Assembly (NCBI GenBank): GCA_005880055.1
Contig: VBJS01000004.1
Coordinates: 1-40,437 of the forward strand
Length of the DNA stretch: 40,437 bases
Direction of reading: 5' to 3'
Source: Chloroflexota bacterium
Lineage (GTDB): Bacteria > Chloroflexota > Dehalococcoidia > SM23-28-2 > RBG-16-64-32
A program made the position numbers and the translations under genes. How positions within the stretch are numbered: position 1 is the first letter of the stretch; each line of letters opens with the position of its first letter. Positions 8,391 through 16,037 of the stretch are shown here, piece by piece. The notes under the pieces are model-generated. The model did no database searches. It worked only from the letters and a program-made list of their open reading frames with translations, and had not been told where the DNA came from.

Positions 8391-9363
8391 GGGACGCCGT
8401 GCTGAGTGCGTCGACAGAACCGATCGCAACCGCGCTCACGTGTGGAGCGGTGCGCTTGAGCATGGCGGTGAGGACACGTCCCGGCCCCACTTCCAGGAAC
8501 TCCTGGACGCCGTGGGCCAGCATATGGTCAATTGTCTGGCGCCAACGCACCGGACTGATGATCTGTGCCTTCAGTTCGGCCCGCACGTCATCCGCGCTTG
8601 CGAGCGGCAACCCGCTCACGTTGCCGATAACCGGGATCATCGGATCCGAAATGGTCGCCACATCGACCATCCGGGCGAATTCTGCCGCTGCATCGCCCAT
8701 GAGCGACGTGTGAAAGGCGCCCGACACCTTGATCGGCAGAATCTTTGCGCCCCGCTCGCGCGCCCGGGCCGCGGCCTGGTCGATGGCCTCCGGCGTACCG
8801 CCGATGACCACCTGTGTCTCCTGGTTGTAATTGGCCGGTTCGGCGCCCGTCGTATGGCAGATTGCGCTGACGTCGTCTTCCGCTAACCCCAGGACTGCCG
8901 CCATCGCACCGGGCTTGCGATCGCCGGCCTTCGCCATCAAGAGTGCGCGCTCGCTCACCAGCCGCAACGCTTCCTCCAACCCGAGGGAGCGGGCAGCGAC
9001 GAGGGCGGTGAATTCCCCGAGGCTGTGGCCGGCAAGAAACGCCGGGCGCGCCGTTACAGTTCCGCTTTCCAGTGCAGCGACAAGGTAGGCGAGCGAGGCG
9101 GTCAAGATTGCCGGCTGGGCCTGGGCAGTGTGTGTAAGAGCCTCATCTGTGGCCTCGAAGCAAAAGGAGGAGACATCCCATCCAAGGACGCGGTCTGCCA
9201 CCTGGAACAGCTGTTGAGCGGGCCCGAACCGCTCGGACACAGCGCGGCCCATTCCCGGCTTCTGTGACCCTTGGCCGGGGAAAATCAGCGCAAGTTGGGG
9301 GTTGGGCGGGGTGGAGAGAAGCTCGGCGAAGAACTCGGCGTCGGTCTCGCGATCAACCGTCAT
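8383..9363 (-). CDS. fabD: Malonyl-CoA:ACP transacylase
   Basis: 326 aa, with FPGQGSQ, the active-site motif GHSLGEF, and the conserved FHT region (VSGAFHTSLM). Confidence 0.93.
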   Translation of the reverse strand: MTVDRETDAEFFAELLSTPPNPQLALIFPGQGSQKPGMGRAVSERFGPAQQLFQVADRVLGWDVSSFCFEATDEALTHTAQAQPAILTASLAYLVAALESGTVTARPAFLAGHSLGEFTALVAARSLGLEEALRLVSERALLMAKAGDRKPGAMAAVLGLAEDDVSAICHTTGAEPANYNQETQVVIGGTPEAIDQAAARARERGAKILPIKVSGAFHTSLMGDAAAEFARMVDVATISDPMIPVIGNVSGLPLASADDVRAELKAQIISPVRWRQTIDHMLAHGVQEFLEVGPGRVLTAMLKRTAPHVSAVAIGSVDALSTASHV

Positions 9364-9372
9364 GAAGCGGGT

Positions 9373-9567
9373 CTAGGCCGCCGGCTCCTGCTCCCTGGTA
9401 AGGCGCCCAAACCGGCAGTCCGGATTCGGGCAGCGCCCGAACTCATCGAGGCGCGCCCGGCAGAATGTGCAGTGAGTGGCATCCCACCAGACGAAGTAGG
9501 TGATAGCTGCGGCCGCGCCCAGGAGAAGGCTCAGGGGAAGTAGGAGCAGGGCTAGTCCGCGTCGCAT
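9373..9567 (-). CDS. Small hypothetical protein with an N-terminal TM anchor and a Cys4 knuckle.
   Basis: 64 aa: MRRGLALLLLPLSLLLGAAAAITYFVWW followed by CTFC...CPNPDC. It fits snugly between rpmF and fabD on the same strand. Confidence 0.45.
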   Translation of the reverse strand: MRRGLALLLLPLSLLLGAAAAITYFVWWDATHCTFCRARLDEFGRCPNPDCRFGRLTREQEPAA

Positions 9568-9612
9568 GGCCAGAGGCAGTATACCATCGCCGCTACGCGC
9601 GGTGCAGGCCGA

Positions 9613-9822
9613 CTAGGCGCCCGGCGCCGCCGGGCGCTTTCGTTCGCTCGCCGCCAGCACCACGCGGCCCTTGTAAGTCCCGCAGACAGGGCAGGCGTGG
9701 TGTGTGGGGCGCGGGCTTCGGCACTGCGGGCAGGTGGTGAGGTTTGGCACTGACGCCGAGAGGTGGGTACGACGACGGCGCTTGCGTGAGCTGGATGTCT
9801 TCTTTTTCGGCAGTGGCGGCAA
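9613..9822 (-). CDS. rpmF: 50S ribosomal protein L32
   Basis: 69 aa with a basic N-terminus (PKKKTSSSRKRRRRTH) and the zinc-ribbon motifs CPQC...CPVCGTYKGR. Confidence 0.9.
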   Translation of the reverse strand: MPPLPKKKTSSSRKRRRRTHLSASVPNLTTCPQCRSPRPTHHACPVCGTYKGRVVLAASERKRPAAPGA

Positions 9823-9825
9823 CGG

Positions 9826-10353
9826 TTAGCTCCCTTCTCTGTCGCTGGTTCGCAAGCCGGCCAGCGCTCGCCAGCGTTCGTCGGCAGCCTCCGCGCAGCC
9901 GCATGGTCCCAGGTTGAGATCTGCGCCACATTGCGGGCAGAGGCCCGCGCAGTCCGGCCGGCACAAGGGCTTGAAAGGCTCGGAGATCAGGATATACTCT
10001 CGCACGCCTTCGCGCAGGTTCAGCACGAAGTCCGGCCCGATCCGGAAGACGTCATCGCCGTCAGCGACTCGTACCGGAGCGCCGGTGTTCGCGTCCACCA
10101 CCGGCACGTACTCCTCTTCGAAGTGGATGCTGATGGGACTCTGCACCGTGGCCAGGCAGCGCGAACAAGCCATGTCCGCCAGCGCGTCGGCGTTTAACGT
10201 GACTAGCAGTCCACGGTCAGTGCGCAGCAACGTCGCCGAGCCCCTGAGGTTCTGAAGGACGGTGTCGTCTACGGGCAGCGAGCGCTCCTGTAGATCGACA
10301 ACGGTAACGCTGCCGATCGGCTGACGAAGCTCTCGCAGGACGTGCAGTTCCAT
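9826..10353 (-). CDS. DUF177 / YceD-family protein (paired with L32)
   Basis: It has a C-terminal CRPDCAGLCPQCGADLN zinc-ribbon-like motif and sits immediately upstream of rpmF, which is the conserved pairing. The start is taken at MELHVLRE (175 aa). The track ORF extends to 10440. Confidence 0.8.
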   Translation of the reverse strand: MELHVLRELRQPIGSVTVVDLQERSLPVDDTVLQNLRGSATLLRTDRGLLVTLNADALADMACSRCLATVQSPISIHFEEEYVPVVDANTGAPVRVADGDDVFRIGPDFVLNLREGVREYILISEPFKPLCRPDCAGLCPQCGADLNLGPCGCAEAADERWRALAGLRTSDREGS

Positions 10354-10400
10354 GGGACGAATGAGGCTCAATGAACCGGGGCGCGCGGGTCTACGAGTTA

Positions 10401-10430
10401 TTGCGCGGCCGTCCAACATAAGTCTATAAT
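10401..10430 (+). promoter_or_regulatory. Sigma70-like promoter for the zinc-ribbon/recombinase/rnhA unit.
   Basis: TTGCGC (10401-10406), an 18-nt spacer, then a perfect TATAAT (10425-10430), 57 nt upstream of the ATG at 10488. Confidence 0.35.
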
Positions 10431-10487
10431 CCCGCTGCAAACGTTGTCCATCGCGTCCCGAGCGATAGCCGATTATGCTTCTGTCTA

Positions 10488-11189
10488 ATGGCCTCTGCGG
10501 CTGACCTCTTTTCGTTGCAGGAGATAGATCTTGCCCTGGACCACGCCCGTGACCGCCTCGTCGTTATTGAGGAGGAAATACAGGAGCCAGACGAATTGCG
10601 CGAGTTGAGACAGGTACAGGAGGAGAAGGAGAGTGTCGTTGCCGGCCTTCGTTCTCGGCAGAAGGACGCGGAGGACGAAGTGGAGCAGGTGCGCTCCAAG
10701 GCTAACCAGATAGAGACCAAGCTTTACAGCGGTAAGGTGACGAGCCCGAAAGAGTTGACCGACCTGAACGACGACCTGCGCTCGCTCAAGGAGCTTACGG
10801 CCAAGCGTGAGGATAGGCTGCTGACGCTTCTTGTGGAGACGGACGAGGCGGACGGAGACCTCAGCAGCACGAAGTCCCGGCTTTCGGCCGCGGCCGGTGA
10901 ATGGCAGGCCCGCCGGGACCAACTTCTCGCGGAAGAGCGGGAGCTGAAGCCGGAGGTAGAGAGGTTGCAGAGCAGCCGGGAGGCAGCTGTGTCGGGGATT
11001 GATCCGGCCTCTCTCAAATTGTACCAATTGCTGAGGGAACGCAAGGCCGGCCAAGCGGTCGCGCACGTGGAACGAGGTATGTGCGGGGGATGCCGCATCA
11101 CGCTGCCGATGTCTGTGCTGCAGAAGGCGCGCAGCGGCACCGGTCTGACCCAATGTGTAAGCTGCGAACGCATCTTGCTGGTGACCTAG
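10488..11189 (+). CDS. COG1579/DUF164-type coiled-coil protein with a C-terminal C4 zinc ribbon.
   Basis: 233 aa. A long heptad-rich region is followed by CGGCRITLP...CVSCERIL. Confidence 0.82.
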   Translation: MASAADLFSLQEIDLALDHARDRLVVIEEEIQEPDELRELRQVQEEKESVVAGLRSRQKDAEDEVEQVRSKANQIETKLYSGKVTSPKELTDLNDDLRSLKELTAKREDRLLTLLVETDEADGDLSSTKSRLSAAAGEWQARRDQLLAEERELKPEVERLQSSREAAVSGIDPASLKLYQLLRERKAGQAVAHVERGMCGGCRITLPMSVLQKARSGTGLTQCVSCERILLVT

Positions 11190-11190
11190 A

Positions 11191-12591
11191 GTGAGAGCGA
11201 TTGGTTACTTCCGGGAGATGCCCAGCCGCTCGCTGGCTGAGCAGAGCGAAGAGTTTCTTGCTTTCTGTACAAAGAACGGCTACGAGGCGGTGGCAGCGTT
11301 CCTTGATGCTAAAGCGGACGAGAGTTCGCCGGGGTTCCGCCAGCTCTTGGACTTCGTCCGTCAGCAGCAATCAAGCGGTTTCCTGGTAATCGTTCTAAAC
11401 CGGCTGGGAGCGCTCGGCGACGGCGCGTTGGAAACGGCGCGACGCTACTTTCAGCTAGCCAGCCTCGGCGTCCGCGTGATCGCCGTCGATACCGGAGACG
11501 AGGTTGCTCGGCTGCTCATGGACCTGTGGCTGGAATACCGCGCGAACGGCACCCTGAGCGAAAAAGTTCGCACAGCGATGCGCACAAGGGCAGTCAAAGG
11601 TGAGGCGCTGGGCCGGCCGCCCTACGGTTATCGGGTCGGCCCGCGACGGCGCCTGGTCGTCGTCACCGAAGAGGGCTCGGTAGTAAGGTACATCTTTCGG
11701 CTGTATCTCAAAGACGGGCTGGGAATCAGGCGCATCGCCCGTCGCCTCAACGAAGACGGGCTGCGCACCCGGCGGCAGGGGTTATGGAGCATGGTGACGG
11801 TGCGCGATATCCTTCGCAACCGGGCGTACGTGGGCACCTATTCCCGCTTCGGCGTACGCGTGCCTGCCAGCCACGCTCCGCTCATCTCGCAGGAGGATTT
11901 CCAGGTGGTGCAGCAGAGGTTGGACCAGCGCCGGCCAACCGGCGGCTCCCGCCACGTCTCACCCTTTCTGCTCTCCGGGCTGGCTTATTGCGGGTATTGC
12001 GGCAACAAGATGATTGGGGTGACGCGGAAACAGAGATGGAAGAGGCGCAGTGACGGCGAGGTGCGCACGGCTCAGTACCGCTACTACCAGTGCGAATCGC
12101 GCACCAATCGGAGCCTCTGTGATTATCACACGCGGCGAGCCGAGGAACTCGATGATGAAGTTCGAACGGCGATCAGCGCCGGCGCAGGCACGCCGCTGAT
12201 CCACCGGCCCGGTAACGGGGCTTCCGCGGCTGCCCACAACGAACAGGAAGCGCGCCGCCTGAGACAGAAGGCCCGCCGGCTGGATAGGCGCCTGGAACAG
12301 TGCCTGGATGCCGCAGCGACGGGCGCCATGAACCAGGAGAAGCTTTTGTCAACGGGACTGGTGCTGGCCACAGAGCACCTGGAACTGGAAGAACACCTGG
12401 CGCTGTCCAACCGCGTAACCCAGGAGCAACTGTCGGAGGGCGAACGGCGCAAACACCAGGCGGCCCTGGTGCAGAGCTTGAAGCGGGACTGGGACGCTCT
12501 GCCTCTCCATCGGCGCCAAGAGCTACTTCGCGAGATCATCGCCCGCGTCGTGATCAAGGACGACGCGATTGAGACCGTGCTGAGGCCCTGA
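11191..12591 (+). CDS. Large-serine-recombinase-like protein (resolvase-like N-domain, recombinase domain, Zn ribbon, coiled coil). The catalytic residues appear degenerate.
   Basis: 466 aa. The recombinase domain is GRPPYGYRV...VVRYIFRLYL...IARRLNEDGLRT...WSMVTVRDILRNRAYVG. The zinc ribbon is LLSGLAYCGYCGNKM...YYQCESR...C. The N-terminus reads AIGYFREMPSRSLAEQ where YxRVS(T/S)xxQ is expected. It starts at a GTG 1 nt after the upstream stop and ends 5 nt before rnhA. Confidence 0.8.
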   Translation: MRAIGYFREMPSRSLAEQSEEFLAFCTKNGYEAVAAFLDAKADESSPGFRQLLDFVRQQQSSGFLVIVLNRLGALGDGALETARRYFQLASLGVRVIAVDTGDEVARLLMDLWLEYRANGTLSEKVRTAMRTRAVKGEALGRPPYGYRVGPRRRLVVVTEEGSVVRYIFRLYLKDGLGIRRIARRLNEDGLRTRRQGLWSMVTVRDILRNRAYVGTYSRFGVRVPASHAPLISQEDFQVVQQRLDQRRPTGGSRHVSPFLLSGLAYCGYCGNKMIGVTRKQRWKRRSDGEVRTAQYRYYQCESRTNRSLCDYHTRRAEELDDEVRTAISAGAGTPLIHRPGNGASAAAHNEQEARRLRQKARRLDRRLEQCLDAAATGAMNQEKLLSTGLVLATEHLELEEHLALSNRVTQEQLSEGERRKHQAALVQSLKRDWDALPLHRRQELLREIIARVVIKDDAIETVLRP

Positions 12592-12596
12592 GCGTC

Positions 12597-13010
12597 TTGG
12601 ACGCGGGCCGCTGGACCGTGTTCACTGACGGCGCCTCGCGTGGCAACCCGGGGCCCGCTTCCATCGGAGCGGTTGTCTACGACCCGCAGCGGCGCGAGGT
12701 GCACACCGTATCGCGCCGCATCGGCCATGCGACGAACAACGAGGCGGAGTACCAGGCGGCCGTCGCCGGTCTGGAGGCTGCTCTCGCGCTAGGCGCCAAA
12801 GCGGTAGCGCTACGGATGGATTCGGAGCTTGTCGTGCGCCAGCTGCAGTTCCGCTACAAGGTGCGAAACCCCCGCCTTCAGCCGTACTTCGCCCGACTGC
12901 TCGAACTACGCAGGCAGTTTGCGGATTTCGATGTCGACTCGCTGCCGCGGGCGCAGAACAAGCGCGCTGACCAGCTGGCGAATCTGGCCCTTGACACGCT
13001 GCCCGAGTAG
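12597..13010 (+). CDS. rnhA: Ribonuclease HI
   Basis: 137 aa with a TTG start. The DEDD residues fall in TDGASRGNPG, NNEAEY, MDSELV and NKRADQLAN. Confidence 0.88.
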   Translation: MDAGRWTVFTDGASRGNPGPASIGAVVYDPQRREVHTVSRRIGHATNNEAEYQAAVAGLEAALALGAKAVALRMDSELVVRQLQFRYKVRNPRLQPYFARLLELRRQFADFDVDSLPRAQNKRADQLANLALDTLPE

Positions 13011-13043
13011 GCGCAGTGGCGGCACTGAAGCTGCTAAAATATA

Positions 13044-13411
13044 GGCAGGTCCAGCAGGCTGGGTGATCGCTCCCCGCTAAGGCGAGGAGAGGAAGGTCCG
13101 AGCTCCACCGGGCAGCGCGCTGGGTAACGCCCAGGCGGGGCAACCCGACGGAAAGTGGCACAGAAACATACCGTCCTTCCACGGAAGGACAAGGGTGAAA
13201 TGGTGGGGTAAGAGCCCACCGGCTTCGGCGTGAGCCGGAGGCCGGCTAAACCCCGCGCGGAGCAAGGCCAAATAGGGGAGTGCTAAGGGCGCCCGGCCCA
13301 AACTCCCGGGTTGGCTGCTAGAGGCGGTGGGTAACCGCCGTCCCAGATTGATGATCGCCGTCCTTCTTCGGAAGGATACAGAACTCGGCCTACAGGCCTG
13401 CTGGGCCTGCC
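13044..13411 (+). ncRNA. rnpB: RNase P RNA, bacterial type A
   Basis: The P1 helix pairs GGCAGGTCCAGCAGGC (13044-) with GCCTGCTGGGCCTGCC (-13411). The P4 5' strand is GAGGAAGGTCCGAGCTCC. Also present are GGGTAACGCCC, GGAAAGTGGCACAGAAA, GGGTGAAA, GTAAGAGC, and the P4 3' strand ACAGAACTCGGCCTAC. Confidence 0.95.
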
Positions 13412-13463
13412 TCCCTTCTGGCAGGTTTGCAACCGCCTAGTCTGCAATATCGTTACTGCTTGT

Positions 13464-14993
13464 GTGATGCGATTGTCAGAACTGCTGCGGGAGCTTCCGG
13501 AGGCGACGGTCTGGGGTCACGGTGACGCCTCGTTCTCTTCGGTTGTCTACGATTCACGCAAAGCGGCGCCAGGCGCCATCTTCGTCGCGATACCCGGCTT
13601 GAAGGTGGATGGGCACGATTACCTCGAAGCGGCAACGAAGGCCCGGGTATCTGGCCTCGTCGTCCAGGCAGACAAGCGGGTAGGCTGGGAAGGGCTCGCA
13701 AGCGAGGCAGGCATCCCGGTCCTGGAAGTCCCAGACACCCGGCGTGCCCTTGCAACGATTGCGGCCGCGCTCAACGGGCACCCCGGGCGACGCCTCCGCG
13801 TCATCGGTGTAACAGGTACGGACGGCAAGACCAGCCTCTGCCACCTGCTGGACCACATTCTTACTTCAACCGGCGAGAAGTCGGGACTCGTGAGCACCGC
13901 TGAGTGCCGGATCGGGCCGCAACTTCTGGCCGATACGGGACGTTTCACGACTCCCGAGGCGCCGGAGCTGCAGGCCATACTCTCGCAGATCGCGAACGCC
14001 GGTTGCCGCTGGGCTGTCCTGGAGGCAACCTCCCACGGGCTCGCCCAGCACCGGCTTGACGGCTGCGAGTTCGATATCGCGGCGATGACAACGGTGGGCC
14101 GTGACCATCTCGATTTTCACGGCACGCCCCAAGCCTACCTCGCCGCCAAGGGCCGCTTGTTCGAGATGCTGGAGTCAGCCGCGCCTAAGGACATACAGAA
14201 GACAGGGGTGCTGAACCGCGACGATCAGTCCTACTCATATCTGGCGGGTGTAACCAGAGTCCGCCAGGTCACCTTTGGCCTAGAACAGGAGGCTGACTTG
14301 CGCGCGACCGCGCGCGAGGATGGCTGGGGCTGGCGCCTGGCTCTAACTACGCCGGCCGGCAACAAGCAGGTGCGCCTTCGGCAACCGGGCCTCTTTAACG
14401 TCTACAACGCGCTTGCTGCGACTGCCGTATGCGTCTCGGCCGGCCTCTCGCTATCTGAGGTCGCCGCCGCGATCGCATCCTGGCCGGGCGTGCCCGGGCG
14501 CATGCAGTTCATCGATGAGGGCCAGGGTTTCACGGTCCTCGTGGATTTTGCCCACGCGCCGGACTCTCTCCGCCGCGTCCTGGAGCTGCTGCGGGCGCGC
14601 TGCCGCGGCCGGATCATCGCCCTGTTCGGCTGCATCGGGGAGCGTGAGAAGGACCGTCGAGCGGCGATGGGCGGCGTGGCAGCGAAACATGCGGACTTCA
14701 CGGTGGTGACCGATGACAATCCCTACACGGAGGACCGGCAAGCTATCCTCGACGATATTGCGGAAGGCCTCCGCGCGGCCGGCAAGAGGGAAGGTCACGA
14801 TTTCGTCGTCATCCCGGACCGCAGGGAGGCCATAGCCCAGGCGATCGGCATGGCAGTCGATGAGGACGCCGTGCTGCTCGCCGGGAAAGGCCATGAGACC
14901 ACCGTACAGCTTCCTCACGGCGTCTATGAGTGCGACGATCGCGTCGTCGCGGCGAACGTCTTGCAGCACTTGACCGGGAGCGGGAACGGTTAG
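13464..14993 (+). CDS. murE: UDP-N-acetylmuramoyl-L-alanyl-D-glutamate--2,6-diaminopimelate ligase
   Basis: 509 aa with the Mur ligase P-loop GVTGTDGKTS, the DNPYTED motif (DNPR-like, DAP type), and a typical N-terminus (LLREL...DSRKAAPGAIFVA). Confidence 0.9.
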   Translation: MMRLSELLRELPEATVWGHGDASFSSVVYDSRKAAPGAIFVAIPGLKVDGHDYLEAATKARVSGLVVQADKRVGWEGLASEAGIPVLEVPDTRRALATIAAALNGHPGRRLRVIGVTGTDGKTSLCHLLDHILTSTGEKSGLVSTAECRIGPQLLADTGRFTTPEAPELQAILSQIANAGCRWAVLEATSHGLAQHRLDGCEFDIAAMTTVGRDHLDFHGTPQAYLAAKGRLFEMLESAAPKDIQKTGVLNRDDQSYSYLAGVTRVRQVTFGLEQEADLRATAREDGWGWRLALTTPAGNKQVRLRQPGLFNVYNALAATAVCVSAGLSLSEVAAAIASWPGVPGRMQFIDEGQGFTVLVDFAHAPDSLRRVLELLRARCRGRIIALFGCIGEREKDRRAAMGGVAAKHADFTVVTDDNPYTEDRQAILDDIAEGLRAAGKREGHDFVVIPDRREAIAQAIGMAVDEDAVLLAGKGHETTVQLPHGVYECDDRVVAANVLQHLTGSGNG

Positions 14994-15046
14994 CGGACAT
15001 CCCGACACAACCACTTCCGGAAATCGACATAGTTCGGCGGCGCCCC

Positions 15047-15076
15047 TTGTGAGAGCCCGTCAGCCTCTGATAGTAT
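15047..15076 (+). promoter_or_regulatory. Sigma70-like promoter with an extended -10 element.
   Basis: TTGTGA (15047-15052), an 18-nt spacer, then TG-A-TAGTAT (15068-15076). It lies 54 nt after the murE stop. Confidence 0.45.
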
Positions 15077-15102
15077 GCGTGGCAGGAAAGGAGGTGATGT
15101 GA

Positions 15103-15177
15103 ATGGATCATGATAGTAGCGACGGCCGTAGGCCTGTCCGTTCACACCCTCACCTCTCTGAGGTGCTGGTGCGATAG
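15103..15177 (+). CDS. Candidate 24-codon leader peptide or small ORF.
   Basis: ATG at 15103 is preceded at 8-nt spacing by AAAGGAGGTGAT (15087-15098), a 12-nt match to the complement of the canonical 16S 3' end. It encodes MDHDSSDGRRPVRSHPHLSEVLVR with a stop TAG at 15175-15177. It is embedded in competing RNA helices. Confidence 0.3.
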   Translation: MDHDSSDGRRPVRSHPHLSEVLVR

Positions 15178-15220
15178 CGAAACTGGTGCGTAGGACAGGC
15201 CTACGTGCCGCGCACAAGAG

Positions 15221-15248
15221 GCCGGCCCCACGGGGCCGGCTTTTTGTT
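15221..15248 (+). terminator. Intrinsic terminator or attenuator, 16 nt upstream of the birA ATG.
   Basis: GCCGGCCC-CACG-GGGCCGGC (8-bp GC stem with a tetraloop) followed by TTTTTGTT. Confidence 0.75.
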
Positions 15249-15263
15249 ATCCTGAAACGGCTC

Positions 15264-16037
15264 ATGTGGCTGGACTTGGAATCCCTCGAAAACCGTCTGC
15301 GGACGCAGATCATCGGCCGCCGTCTCGTCTACCTGACCAGCACCGGCTCCACCCAGGACATCGCCCGACGCGAGGCCGAGGATGGTTGCGCCGAGGGCAC
15401 GATCGTCCTCGCCGAGGAGCAGACCGCCGGGAGGGGCCGCTTCGGCCGCGCCTGGGTCTCACCGCCCGGCAAGAACCTCTACTTCACGCTGGTGCTGCGC
15501 CCACCCGTGTCCCGGCTGCGGTCGCTCACGATGATCGCCCCACTGGCCGTCGCCCTGGCTGTCGAGGAAGTATGCGGCCTGCACGCTCAGATCAAGTGGC
15601 CGAACGATGTCATCCTGGAAGGCCGCAAGCTGGCCGGGGTGCTCATCGAGAACGAACTGGCGGGCGAGGAAGTGCGCTACTCCCTGGTCGGCACCGGCGT
15701 GAACGTCAACTTCGAGATTCCTCCCGACTCCGAAATCGCGGACATCGCCACCAGTCTGAAAGCGCACCTGGGCGAAGAGGTCTCCCGAGAGGCGGTCGTG
15801 GCATCCTTCCTCAACCACACTGAGGAACTCTGCCGGGTCGCCATCCCTACCGTCGTGAACTCTTGGAAATCGCGGCTGCAGACGCTGGGCCAGGCTGTGC
15901 GCGTGACCTTCGGCAACCAGGTGCATGAAGGCGTGGCTGACGACGCGGACGGCGAGGGGAACCTGCTGCTCCGGCGCGACGACGGATCAGTTGTCACGCT
16001 GGAGGCCGGCGAGGTTTCGCTCCGCGAGTCCCGCTAG
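15264..16037 (+). CDS. birA: Biotin--[acetyl-CoA-carboxylase] ligase, class I (no HTH domain)
   Basis: It has the GRGRFGRAW biotin-binding loop (GRGRxGRxW) and KWPNDV. The start is taken at MWLDLESL (257 aa), because the upstream part of the track ORF covers the terminator hairpin. Confidence 0.88.
   Translation: MWLDLESLENRLRTQIIGRRLVYLTSTGSTQDIARREAEDGCAEGTIVLAEEQTAGRGRFGRAWVSPPGKNLYFTLVLRPPVSRLRSLTMIAPLAVALAVEEVCGLHAQIKWPNDVILEGRKLAGVLIENELAGEEVRYSLVGTGVNVNFEIPPDSEIADIATSLKAHLGEEVSREAVVASFLNHTEELCRVAIPTVVNSWKSRLQTLGQAVRVTFGNQVHEGVADDADGEGNLLLRRDDGSVVTLEAGEVSLRESR

Noticed and set aside
9552-9964. The track ORFs 9552..9929(-) and 9593..9964(-), which overlap rpmF and the DUF177 gene.
   Set aside because: They are alternative frames of the same strand across two genes with clear family signatures (the L32 zinc ribbon and the DUF177 C-terminus), and their composition is shadow-like.
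11191-12591. The recombinase-like gene as the integrase of an inserted prophage or genomic island.
   Set aside because: There are no flanking direct or inverted repeats and no cargo genes. The gaps to housekeeping neighbours on the same strand are 1 nt and 5 nt. The catalytic motif also appears degenerate.
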